From Bacteriovoracia bacterium (GTDB lineage Bacteria; Bdellovibrionota; Bacteriovoracia; Bacteriovoracales; Bacteriovoracaceae), in assembly GCA_046570105.1 (NCBI GenBank), contig JBKHVI010000048.1, positions 1 to 19,554 on the forward strand: a stretch of DNA of 19,554 bases, in the 5' to 3' direction. The translations under genes were made by a program, and so were the position numbers. Shown here piece by piece: positions 7,494-15,780 of the stretch; the first letter of the stretch is position 1; each line of letters begins with the position of its first letter. Below the pieces are notes generated by a model, which saw only the letters and a program-made list of their open reading frames with translations, had not been told where the DNA came from and did no database searches.

Positions 7494-8758
7494 AGCCCCT
7501 TTCGCTTTTTCTCATGATCAGTAAACTTCCCCACTCTCCATTTAAAATTCGCCGGAACTCCTTCCGCTACTTTTTCATCTACTCTCTTCTTCAACTCTTT
7601 AATTGAGTAATAGGTGGTGGGGATTTTAGTGGGATCGACTTCAGTACCATCTGACAGTGGCGGATTGGGAATTTTTCGATTGTTACGAAATGGAATGACT
7701 TGAATTTGTTTTAAGCGCATGGATTCAAAATCATAAACTGCGCGAGCCACATAGTTTTGGGCGACTGAAGCTAGCCCTTCATGCAAAAAGTTTCCAGTTG
7801 AAGTAAAGATCACTCCTTGAGTCTTATCCTTTTTCTCAAGATACTTCACTCCTCCCCAAGCATGAGGACCATGACCAAAAACCAGATCACCATCATGTTC
7901 TTGAATAAATTTATCTGCAATTTTCTTTAATAATAAAAATGCTTTCGCCTCAGGTTTCTTATCTCCTGAAGCGTCTTGGGTATGAATCGATAAAATTTTT
8001 AGATCCGCTTGAGAATCACTGAATTCTTTTAAGTACCACTCAATTTGTTCTTCAACGTCGACTTGGGTGTAATCAAAAACTTTGGCATTCGGGATATCCC
8101 AATTGAGAAGTGAGATTGCACCAAGTGCAATCGTAACGTCCTTCCCTTTGATATTCAGCTGTTTAACACTCACGTTCTTGCCACTATCACCCACTCCATT
8201 CCACATAAAATCTTTATTGGGTGTTATGGTGAGTGCAGACTCCTCGGTCATCAGTGGCCCATGCTTCTTTGGAGATTTCATGAAGGCTCGACCAAGATCA
8301 CAGTCTTGCGCATGATTGTTAGAAAAACTAATCAGATTAAAACCGTGATCTATCGCCTGAGTGATGGCTTCTGGATCGGTCAGAAAATAGAATGAGACTG
8401 CGCGACGAATTTTATCACAATGTTTGCCAACGACAGTCTCGAAATTGATAAACGATAAGTCTGCGACGAAAATACTAGCGTAAGGATCGTATTGTTTCAT
8501 AGCGAGATCAAATTCAGCTTTGCGTGCTTTCTTCTCACCATAAATTGGTTTACGACTTAAAGTCCAAGCGGCATCACCTGTTGCACGAACATCTAAAAGA
8601 TTTGCGTAAGATTTCAAGTCAAGCTTGTACTGTTTGTCTTCGGTGGTTTCGACGTCTTTTCCGTACCAAGCTCGATCTTCTAAAATGCCCACAGTAATTT
8701 TGGGTTTGGGAGTGGCGCAACCAACAAGGGCGAATGCCAATAGCAAAATGAACTTCAT
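7472..8758 (-). CDS. CapA (PGA_cap) family metallophosphatase-fold lipoprotein
   Basis: Lipobox LVG-C. Motifs ATGD, FINFET, SNNHAQD, SIH, FGHGPH and STGNF. Confidence 0.85.
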   Translation of the reverse strand: MKFILLLAFALVGCATPKPKITVGILEDRAWYGKDVETTEDKQYKLDLKSYANLLDVRATGDAAWTLSRKPIYGEKKARKAEFDLAMKQYDPYASIFVADLSFINFETVVGKHCDKIRRAVSFYFLTDPEAITQAIDHGFNLISFSNNHAQDCDLGRAFMKSPKKHGPLMTEESALTITPNKDFMWNGVGDSGKNVSVKQLNIKGKDVTIALGAISLLNWDIPNAKVFDYTQVDVEEQIEWYLKEFSDSQADLKILSIHTQDASGDKKPEAKAFLLLKKIADKFIQEHDGDLVFGHGPHAWGGVKYLEKKDKTQGVIFTSTGNFLHEGLASVAQNYVARAVYDFESMRLKQIQVIPFRNNRKIPNPPLSDGTEVDPTKIPTTYYSIKELKKRVDEKVAEGVPANFKWRVGKFTDHEKKRKGLYFASFE

Positions 8759-8853
8759 CTCATGTCTCTTTAAAAAGTTTGTTAATAAATATTAACTCAA
8801 CTTCAAGTGAGTGAATGAAAGTTTTGTGACAATTTTTCTGAATTCACTTTTGC

Positions 8854-10146
8854 TTAAGTTAGGTAACGCACCACGATTCCAAGCAAGGTACAGACACCCA
8901 AGATAGCAAAGAGACTTTGCTTTAATTTGAACTGCATGATCAGTGCGATAAGACAGATTCCGGTCGCAAAATAATCAATCGAACTGAGCACGGGATAATC
9001 AAAATCAAATGCTAAATATCTGACTGAAGCTGATTGGGTAAAGAGCGCCTTCAGGACAAACCAGATTGAGAGATTAAAGATGACCCCTACAACAGAAGCT
9101 GTAATCGCCTGGAGAGCATCCGAGAAGATCTTTTGTCCGCGGATGTACTCAACGTACGGAGCAAAAGTGAATATCCATAGAAAACAGGGCGCAAAAGTCA
9201 TCCAGGTGGTGAGCACTGAACCGATAAATGCCGAGAGGTAAGGCGAACTTAAATCAGAAAAACGGAACGCTCCCATGAAGCCCACAAACTGTACTGTCTG
9301 AATCAAAGGCCCTGGGGTTGTTTCTGCCATCGCTAATCCATCGAGCATCTCAGTGCCCTGCAACCATCCGTACACCTCAACTGCTTTTTGGGCCACATAA
9401 CTCAGGGCCGCATAAGCACCACCAAAGGTCACCATCGACATTTTGCTAAAGAAAATATTGAGAGAGTGAAAAGTTGATTCTTCACCAAAAATTACCAACG
9501 TCAAAATAATCGGTGTGATCCACACGATTAACCAAATACTAAGCGTCTTTAAAGTCGCGGCCATGGGAGGTCGAGCCACATTTGGCATATCCGTCACCAG
9601 CTCGTGATGAGCGATGAATTTGCCATACACCACACCCAATAGACCCGAAAGCACCACCACGATGGGAAAAGAGATGTTGAAGAAAAATAACGCCACAAAA
9701 GCCAGTGTGGCCATGCACCAGTAAAAGGCACTTTTGAGTGATTTTTTTGAGATGCGATTAAGCGCTGCTGTCACAATGGCAATGATCGCAGGCTTCATGC
9801 CATAGAAAAGTCCCTGCACAAAAGGAACGTCGTTATAAATCACATAGAGATAAGAGAGTGCCAAAATGGAGATAAAGCCTGGCAGGATGAATAGTCCACC
9901 GGCAATCAACCCCCCGCGCCACTTATTCATCAACCAACCCATATAGGTGGCCAATTGCTGGGCCTCAGGACCTGGTAAAAGCATGCAGAAATTCAAAGCA
10001 TGCAAGAAACGCTCTTCTGAAATCAACTTTTTGTCTTCTACTACTATCTTGTGAATAACAGCAATCTGCCCGGCCGGACCGCCAAAGCTGTGAGCTGCTA
10101 CATGACTCCAGACTTTCCACTGCTCTTTAGTTGAAATCTTTTCCAT
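8854..10146 (-). CDS. chrA: Long-chain chromate ion transporter (CHR family)
   Basis: Duplicated CHR repeats: SFGGPAGQIA...LPGPEAQQLA and TFGGAYA...ETTPGPLI. Many transmembrane segments. Confidence 0.95.
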   Translation of the reverse strand: MEKISTKEQWKVWSHVAAHSFGGPAGQIAVIHKIVVEDKKLISEERFLHALNFCMLLPGPEAQQLATYMGWLMNKWRGGLIAGGLFILPGFISILALSYLYVIYNDVPFVQGLFYGMKPAIIAIVTAALNRISKKSLKSAFYWCMATLAFVALFFFNISFPIVVVLSGLLGVVYGKFIAHHELVTDMPNVARPPMAATLKTLSIWLIVWITPIILTLVIFGEESTFHSLNIFFSKMSMVTFGGAYAALSYVAQKAVEVYGWLQGTEMLDGLAMAETTPGPLIQTVQFVGFMGAFRFSDLSSPYLSAFIGSVLTTWMTFAPCFLWIFTFAPYVEYIRGQKIFSDALQAITASVVGVIFNLSIWFVLKALFTQSASVRYLAFDFDYPVLSSIDYFATGICLIALIMQFKLKQSLFAILGVCTLLGIVVRYLT

Positions 10147-10184
10147 CGTTATTTGACGATAACGACATATGACTTTGAGGTCAA
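10146..10184 (-). promoter_or_regulatory. chrA promoter with overlapping inverted-repeat operator
   Basis: Minus strand reads TTGACC (10184-10179)-N17-TATCGT (10161-10156), then 9 nt to the ATG. The inverted repeat TCGTTAT-N6-ATAACGA (10146-10165) covers the -10/+1 region. Confidence 0.6.
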
Positions 10185-10211
10185 AAAAAAAGCCCCAGAG
10201 CGGGGCTTTTT
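10183..10211 (-). terminator. Rho-independent terminator of the protein-glutaminase gene (potentially bidirectional)
   Basis: A9-GCCCC-AGAGC-GGGGC-T5. Confidence 0.85.
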
Positions 10212-10226
10212 AACGAAAATCTAACT

Positions 10227-10949
10227 CTATTGATTCATCCACTCTTGGCACTTCTTCTTACCACCGCCAAAGAAGCGTCCAAAGGCGCCTGTCACTGCTT
10301 CAACACAAGATTGATATACTTCGCCTTTGTTGAATTCGGTGCGCTCTAGACGGGCAGGACGGCCTTGAGAGTCTCTTCCAAGTAGGTTGGTGGCAACGCT
10401 TGAAGGGAACCAGTAAGGAGCAGGCACAACGCGGTAATAGCAATCGTATTTCCCATAAACTGTGTTCTCAGGGAAAGTGCGACCCTTGAACATCAACTCA
10501 ATCAATTCCGTGTCGGTGTCTTGAATTTCGCGACAGTTTTTGCTGCCTGCGAAGAAATACAGCCACTCCATAGGATCAAGTGGACCTTTAATTTTCGAAA
10601 AGCCTGCATCGAGCGCCCAAATCTTACCCGCTTCGTTCACTACTGGAGTGACGTGATACCACCAAGTCTTAGTGGTGCCTTCGCCAGTTTTCTTGGTGTA
10701 GAACAAAAACATCTTGGCGCTATCAACATTTTGGAAACGTTTAAAATCGTATGTCCACATCTGAGCACGGTTAGCGCAAATCGAGCCGCCCAGCTTAATA
10801 AATGAGCGATCCATCTTACTGAAGAGGGCTTCTTTAGTGATGCCCAATTCTTTGATGTCATTTAGGACGTAATTATGACTTTCCAGTGTGATGTTTTGCG
10901 CCTGAGCGACTGTCGAAATCAGTACTAAAGCGAGCCATAGCTTATGCAT
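10227..10949 (-). CDS. Secreted protein-glutamine glutaminase-like (Cys-His-Asp) enzyme
   Basis: Signal peptide ending AQA. Triad motifs SICANRAQ, WWYHVTP and ALDAG. SD GAGGGG upstream. Confidence 0.72.
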   Translation of the reverse strand: MHKLWLALVLISTVAQAQNITLESHNYVLNDIKELGITKEALFSKMDRSFIKLGGSICANRAQMWTYDFKRFQNVDSAKMFLFYTKKTGEGTTKTWWYHVTPVVNEAGKIWALDAGFSKIKGPLDPMEWLYFFAGSKNCREIQDTDTELIELMFKGRTFPENTVYGKYDCYYRVVPAPYWFPSSVATNLLGRDSQGRPARLERTEFNKGEVYQSCVEAVTGAFGRFFGGGKKKCQEWMNQ

Positions 10950-11203
10950 GTTATCCCCTCATTTTGAATCTATTGGGAGTGAATTACGGCCGTCGCACTA
11001 ATCAGTAAACTCTTGAGTTCTTTTTTATTAAATAATTTTAGCCGATAGCCCAATACCCTGTAATCCCGTAACGCCAAGGGTGCCGAGGCCTTAGACAAGC
11101 CTTATGGATAAATAAAAAAACTGCTTAATCTGAGAGGAAAAAATCGAAAAAAAGTGAATTTTCTTTTTTGAAAGGTATCAAGAAATAAATAATCGCGGAA
11201 ATG

Positions 11204-11230
11204 TTAATTATTGCCGCTGTTCCCCGAAAA
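11204..11230 (+). promoter_or_regulatory. Candidate sigma28 (FliA) promoter of flagellin
   Basis: TTAA-N15-CCCGAAAA versus the consensus TAAA-N15-GCCGATAA, immediately before the structured leader. Confidence 0.5.
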
Positions 11231-11236
11231 GATTGC

Positions 11237-11344
11237 ACCTCTCTCGAAGAGGTAAAACAAAAACACAGAGTATGGATGCTCGTCGTTTTTCTCACGGTTG
11301 GGAAAAAGTCTACCAGGGATCAGGTAGGGTGATAACCAAGGAGG
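11237..11344 (+). promoter_or_regulatory. Structured flagellin 5' leader with GGA-loop hairpins (CsrA-type sites) and strong SD
   Basis: Hairpins at 11237-11253, 11268-11281 (loop TGGA), 11286-11307 and 11310-11327 (loop AGGGATCA). SD AAGGAGG at 11338-11344. Confidence 0.65.
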
Positions 11345-11350
11345 AACTAG

Positions 11351-12184
11351 ATGGGTTTTCGTATTAATACAAACGTGGCTTCGATCTCCGCTCAAAGGAG
11401 TTTGGGAGTCAACAACAGAGAAAGTGAGAGTAACCTCTCTAAACTCTCATCTGGTTCACGAATCACGAAAGCTGCAGATGATGCTGCCGGCCTCGCGATC
11501 TCAGAAAAACTAAAAGCTAATATTCGTTCAATGAAACAAGCTGACCGAAACGCCAACGATGGTATTTCCATGATTCAAACTGCTGAAGGTGGATTGAATG
11601 AAGTGTCTTCTATTCTCACTCGTATGCGCGAACTCGCCATCCAGACTTCTTCTGATACGGTGGGTGATGTAGAGCGCGGTATGACAGATATGGAATACCA
11701 AAACTTGAAAATGGAACTTGATCGTATTTCACAAGTGACTGAATTCAACGGCCAAAAACTGTTGGATGGTAACGGTAAGAAGTATGACTTCCAGATCGGT
11801 GTTAACAATGATGAGTTCCAAGACCGCATTGGTTATGACTCTGCGACAGTGAATGCCCGTATGGACACGTTGGGCGTATCAGAACTCTCAGTGGGAACCA
11901 AGGAAGGCTCTCAAACATCACTCGCTTCAGTTGATACGGCTATCGAAAAAGTATCTGGCTTCCGCGCCTACCTTGGTGCGATTCAAAACCGCTTGATCTC
12001 GACAAGTAACAACTTGCAGATCAACGTTGAGAACATCAGCCAAGCTAACTCACGTATCCGTGATGTGGATTATGCTGATGCAACTGCAATGCAAGCTAAG
12101 AACACCATCTTGAACGCCGCTGGTACTTCTGTACTTGCTCAGGCCAACTCAAACGGTCAGAACGCTTTGAAGCTGATCGGTTAA
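11351..12184 (+). CDS. fliC: Flagellin (short, D0/D1 only)
   Basis: RINTNVAS...LSSGSRI..AADDAAGLAISE at the N-terminus and RAYLGAIQNRL...SRIRDVDYA...LAQAN at the C-terminus. Confidence 0.98.
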   Translation: MGFRINTNVASISAQRSLGVNNRESESNLSKLSSGSRITKAADDAAGLAISEKLKANIRSMKQADRNANDGISMIQTAEGGLNEVSSILTRMRELAIQTSSDTVGDVERGMTDMEYQNLKMELDRISQVTEFNGQKLLDGNGKKYDFQIGVNNDEFQDRIGYDSATVNARMDTLGVSELSVGTKEGSQTSLASVDTAIEKVSGFRAYLGAIQNRLISTSNNLQINVENISQANSRIRDVDYADATAMQAKNTILNAAGTSVLAQANSNGQNALKLIG

Positions 12185-12194
12185 TATCTCTTAT

Positions 12195-12221
12195 GGGGCC
12201 CCCACTCTGGGGGCCTTTTTT
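12195..12221 (+). terminator. Rho-independent terminator after flagellin
   Basis: GGCCCCCA-CTC-TGGGGGCC followed by TTTTTT. Confidence 0.9.
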
Positions 12222-12277
12222 CCTGAAATTTTTACTGACACTCATGAGACGCTCAGGTTTGCTGTTAGCATTGCCTC

Positions 12278-13039
12278 ATGCGTTTTCTTCTTTCAATTTT
12301 TGGGTTCTGGCTCTCTGTTCCTGCCGTGGCTGGACTCCTGCCCTATAATCCCCAAAGCTGTAACGCTCTAATCGCACTTAACTATGACATCTACACTCAA
12401 GGTGCGGTGAGTTTCACTCGCGGCACTGATGATATGACGATTGATGCCGGCGGTATGACTCGTTTTATGGGAGACTTCCTATCTCAAATTGATAACGGCT
12501 TTAAAAACGCCAAAGACATCACTACCCTCTCCCAGAAAAACCCCTTATGTTATGGCATGTACCACGACAAGAAAGGCGCTAATGCAATTGCCATTGGCAA
12601 AGACAACATCTACTTCGGCTTTAACATGCTGGTCGATATGCAGACCGAATGGAATATCGAAGCGGAATCTGGAATTAAGGCCATCCTCGCCCATGAGTAT
12701 GCCCATATCATCCAGCACCGCTTAGAGCTGCCTTTTAATCTCCCTCTCCCTTTGCTTAATACCAAGAGAAAGGAACTTCAGGCGGATTGCATTGCCGGAG
12801 TCCTGATCACCTATCACCACCCCTCAGGTCGCGCGGTGATTGAGTCTGATCGCCTGATGCACACGATTGGTTCTCATCATTCGGTGAGTAGTCATGGCCT
12901 AAAGACAGAGCGTCGGGCAGCACTTCTACACGGAATGAAAGGCGCCCTTCGCCTGATGATGAATGGAAAAAACAAAACTAATACCCATCTCTGGGACGTA
13001 GTGAATTCTTGCACTGACCTCTATCCATTTTACCGCTAG
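12278..13039 (+). CDS. Secreted neutral zinc metallopeptidase (YpfJ/M48-like)
   Basis: Signal peptide, ILAHEYAHIIQ (HExxH), ELQADCIAG and SHG...RR. Confidence 0.8.
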   Translation: MRFLLSIFGFWLSVPAVAGLLPYNPQSCNALIALNYDIYTQGAVSFTRGTDDMTIDAGGMTRFMGDFLSQIDNGFKNAKDITTLSQKNPLCYGMYHDKKGANAIAIGKDNIYFGFNMLVDMQTEWNIEAESGIKAILAHEYAHIIQHRLELPFNLPLPLLNTKRKELQADCIAGVLITYHHPSGRAVIESDRLMHTIGSHHSVSSHGLKTERRAALLHGMKGALRLMMNGKNKTNTHLWDVVNSCTDLYPFYR

Positions 13040-13092
13040 TCTTGGATGGCACCGTTCTTGATGGTAAGTCCCCTATAATCAAGGGATTTACT

Positions 13093-14793
13093 ATGAAAAC
13101 GGCTTCGTTTTTCGCCTCTATTTTAATGTTTATGAGTAGTTACTCCGCCCTGGGGTCAACGCTCCTCATGAACACCACGCCAACAGATGTGCAAAACTTG
13201 GTCACTGACCAGTCCTTGATAAATGTTTCTGAGGCCCGCGAAGTGTGCCGCCAACTCACCGACGATGATTTTATCTCTCACAAAGGCTTTCCAGTCCCTA
13301 AGCGATCTAAGGGTGTTAAGCGCCACGTGAAGCATCTCTGTGAGCGCGTTGACATGCTCATATGGCAAGAGTCGACCGTATTAACAGAAGACATGAGTGC
13401 GCTCTATGAGTTGCGCCTTTTGCAGACTTCACTGCTACAGAAAGGTAAAGCGGACGCAATCGGAATGACTTTAAGAGGTAAACTCTCGATGGGTCTCTAT
13501 TCTGTCCTCACGCCCTTTACACTCAAATTTAAAAATCGCATCGGGAAAAACGAAGCTGGTAACTTAGAACTTACTAAACCAGTGAGCGAATACACGGTTG
13601 ATGAACTCGCTCTTTTGAATCCAAAAAATTCACCCTTCTTTGAACTCAATACCAACAAAGAAATGCACAAGCGTTTTGGTGATCTCGCTAAGAAGAAAAA
13701 AATTGATGAACGTGAAAAGATGGTCATCGTTTTTGATTCTGTGAGTGACAATGGCAGTGCTCCTAAAATTAAAGCGATTGATTCTCTCAATGATGAAGAC
13801 GAATGGTCTCTCAAGTGGGGCGACGAAATTCACACTGACGTTGTCGGATCGCGCCTCTTTGCTGCGCTAGGCTTTGATGTTGATCACCCTTACTATCGCA
13901 CTCGCGATGACCTCTATGTGGTTTTCCCCCAGGAGAACCTCGATAAGAATGCCGACGATATGCTTAATCGCATTCGCCAAAATTTTAGTATCGATATTAG
14001 TAATTTCGTTTCTAAAACCGGCATCGTGAGTGATGAGGATATCGCTAATAATCCGGAGCTTAAAAACTACAAAGGTCTTCCCTATGTCACCTTCATTGAA
14101 TGTGCCATTGAAGGTCGCCCAGATCGCGTCAAGCGCATGGGCTCAATCGTTCCAGATCATATCGGAAATGCTGATCGTCGTGAATTACGTGGCGCTCTCC
14201 TCGCCCACATGTGGATTGATAACTGGGACGTGCGCGAAGAGAATACTCTTATTTCAGTTAATCATTTAGGTAAGTATAAATACGAAACCCGTGGGGCCTT
14301 CAGTGACCTCGGTACTTCTCTTGGCGTTAAGCTCACTCTTCATAAAGGTGATTTTCGCGTTGGACTACCCAATCAATTCGGTTGGAATCTCGTAAAGCGT
14401 GACTCTGATAAGGCGATCTCATTTCATGGAGTCATGAATTCCAGAATGGCACCTTACAAGAATGCCACTTATGCCGATCTCAAATGGATGGCCCATCAGA
14501 TTGCTCGTATTGATAAAACGGCTCTAGAGAAGATTCTTGAGAAGTCGGGCTGGCCAAAAGATATTCAAAAAATTTATTTCCATAAGTTGGCCTCGCGTCG
14601 TGAGCAAATCCTTACTGGCTTTGATATCACAGATCCTAACCCCATTAAATTTGAAACCACTTTAAATTTTGAACACAACGGTGAAGTGGTGGTTAAAGAT
14701 GGTCGATTAATTAAAGACATCGATGCTGACAAACACCCTATCGGATTCCGTAATACCCGTGGCCGAGTTCGTAATTACGGGAGGTCTTTATGA
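13093..14793 (+). CDS. Secreted protein with atypical kinase-like (HipA/PI3K/CotH-type) motifs
   Basis: ATG 13093 follows an SD-like AAGGGA and TATAAT, and opens a signal peptide. Motifs occur in kinase order: GSAPK, WSLKW, DEIHTDVVGSRLFAALGF, NWDVREEN (D-x-R-x-x-N) and SDLG. Confidence 0.55.
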   Translation: MKTASFFASILMFMSSYSALGSTLLMNTTPTDVQNLVTDQSLINVSEAREVCRQLTDDDFISHKGFPVPKRSKGVKRHVKHLCERVDMLIWQESTVLTEDMSALYELRLLQTSLLQKGKADAIGMTLRGKLSMGLYSVLTPFTLKFKNRIGKNEAGNLELTKPVSEYTVDELALLNPKNSPFFELNTNKEMHKRFGDLAKKKKIDEREKMVIVFDSVSDNGSAPKIKAIDSLNDEDEWSLKWGDEIHTDVVGSRLFAALGFDVDHPYYRTRDDLYVVFPQENLDKNADDMLNRIRQNFSIDISNFVSKTGIVSDEDIANNPELKNYKGLPYVTFIECAIEGRPDRVKRMGSIVPDHIGNADRRELRGALLAHMWIDNWDVREENTLISVNHLGKYKYETRGAFSDLGTSLGVKLTLHKGDFRVGLPNQFGWNLVKRDSDKAISFHGVMNSRMAPYKNATYADLKWMAHQIARIDKTALEKILEKSGWPKDIQKIYFHKLASRREQILTGFDITDPNPIKFETTLNFEHNGEVVVKDGRLIKDIDADKHPIGFRNTRGRVRNYGRSL

Positions 14794-15743
14794 AAAACTT
14801 AATAGCTTCTGCAGTTCTTCTTCTCTCTATCGCTGTGGCCCGCGCCCAGACTGAAGAGCAACGCAAATATGTCTTCTCGGCACTTAATGAGAGAACTCTG
14901 CAAACAGTTGATGGTGGAGCCGTCTTGAATGGACTGACCATCAAAAAACACTCGGTCTATGAATACTATGATCTTTATCTCGATACCGAGGAACTCGATC
15001 TTCTTAAAATGAATTTAAGTCTGCGTATCCGAAAACGTGATTACGGCAATGGCACCATTGAATACGGCATGCAACTTAAGAGCGAGATGCTTAAGGCCGG
15101 TGATATCCGCATGGAGATCGATGAAACAGAGCTTGATTACATGCAAGTTTACTATCGCGGTCATGTGATTAAACTACAAAACGTCCTCGCATCCATCTAT
15201 GAAAGCTTTCAAGCGAAACTTGCTTCAGGTGAAGTAGTCGATCTCTCCAATGATGCCGACATGCAAGAGAACCTCAATATCCTTAAGACATGGTTAGCCT
15301 TCAAGGCCAATAGCGCTGTTGCGCCACTACAGAAATTGCGTCAGCTCAAGCTGCCTCTTGAGAAACGCCAAACGTTGCGTCCTGTGATTATCGGACGCTC
15401 TGTTCGTACGCGCTCACACGTCTATATTGATCGCCAGAACACCACGGAAGATTTAGTGAACTTTGCTGCATCAACCCGCTCGATACTTGAAACTCCAGAA
15501 GGAGTTAAAGGTGAAGACAAAGTTTGGACGATGGAAGCCTCATTTGATCGCGCCCAGTTTTATCGTGTCGATGCGCCAGGTAAGCATTTAATTAATGAAT
15601 TTGAGGTAGAAAACAAATACTTACCTCACGAAAACAGCCGTGAACTTCTCACGCGCTTTGAAGATGGTCTGATATCAGAACTAGCTGCCGAGGTTAATCT
15701 CGAGTCAAAGTATCTGCAGACTATGAAAGCTTTAGGTCTGTAA
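14790..15743 (+). CDS. Secreted CYTH / triphosphate tunnel metalloenzyme-domain protein
   Basis: Signal peptide ending ARA, then EEQRKY (variant ExExK), DLYLDT..L.L....SLRIRKR, QLK, R.EID, ASFD and EFEVE. ATGA overlap with the upstream gene and SD GGAGG. Confidence 0.75.
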   Translation: MKNLIASAVLLLSIAVARAQTEEQRKYVFSALNERTLQTVDGGAVLNGLTIKKHSVYEYYDLYLDTEELDLLKMNLSLRIRKRDYGNGTIEYGMQLKSEMLKAGDIRMEIDETELDYMQVYYRGHVIKLQNVLASIYESFQAKLASGEVVDLSNDADMQENLNILKTWLAFKANSAVAPLQKLRQLKLPLEKRQTLRPVIIGRSVRTRSHVYIDRQNTTEDLVNFAASTRSILETPEGVKGEDKVWTMEASFDRAQFYRVDAPGKHLINEFEVENKYLPHENSRELLTRFEDGLISELAAEVNLESKYLQTMKALGL

Positions 15744-15780
15744 GTCGCCAAATCACTCAATATCAGCTAGACTGGGTCTC

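Noticed and set aside
7472..8758. Poly-gamma-glutamate capsule locus
   Set aside because: Only a lone CapA-family gene is present, with no capB/capC.
11041..11048. GCCGATAG as the flagellin sigma28 -10
   Set aside because: No TAAA-like -35 at 15-nt spacing, and it is about 300 nt from the start. The 11204-11230 candidate fits better.
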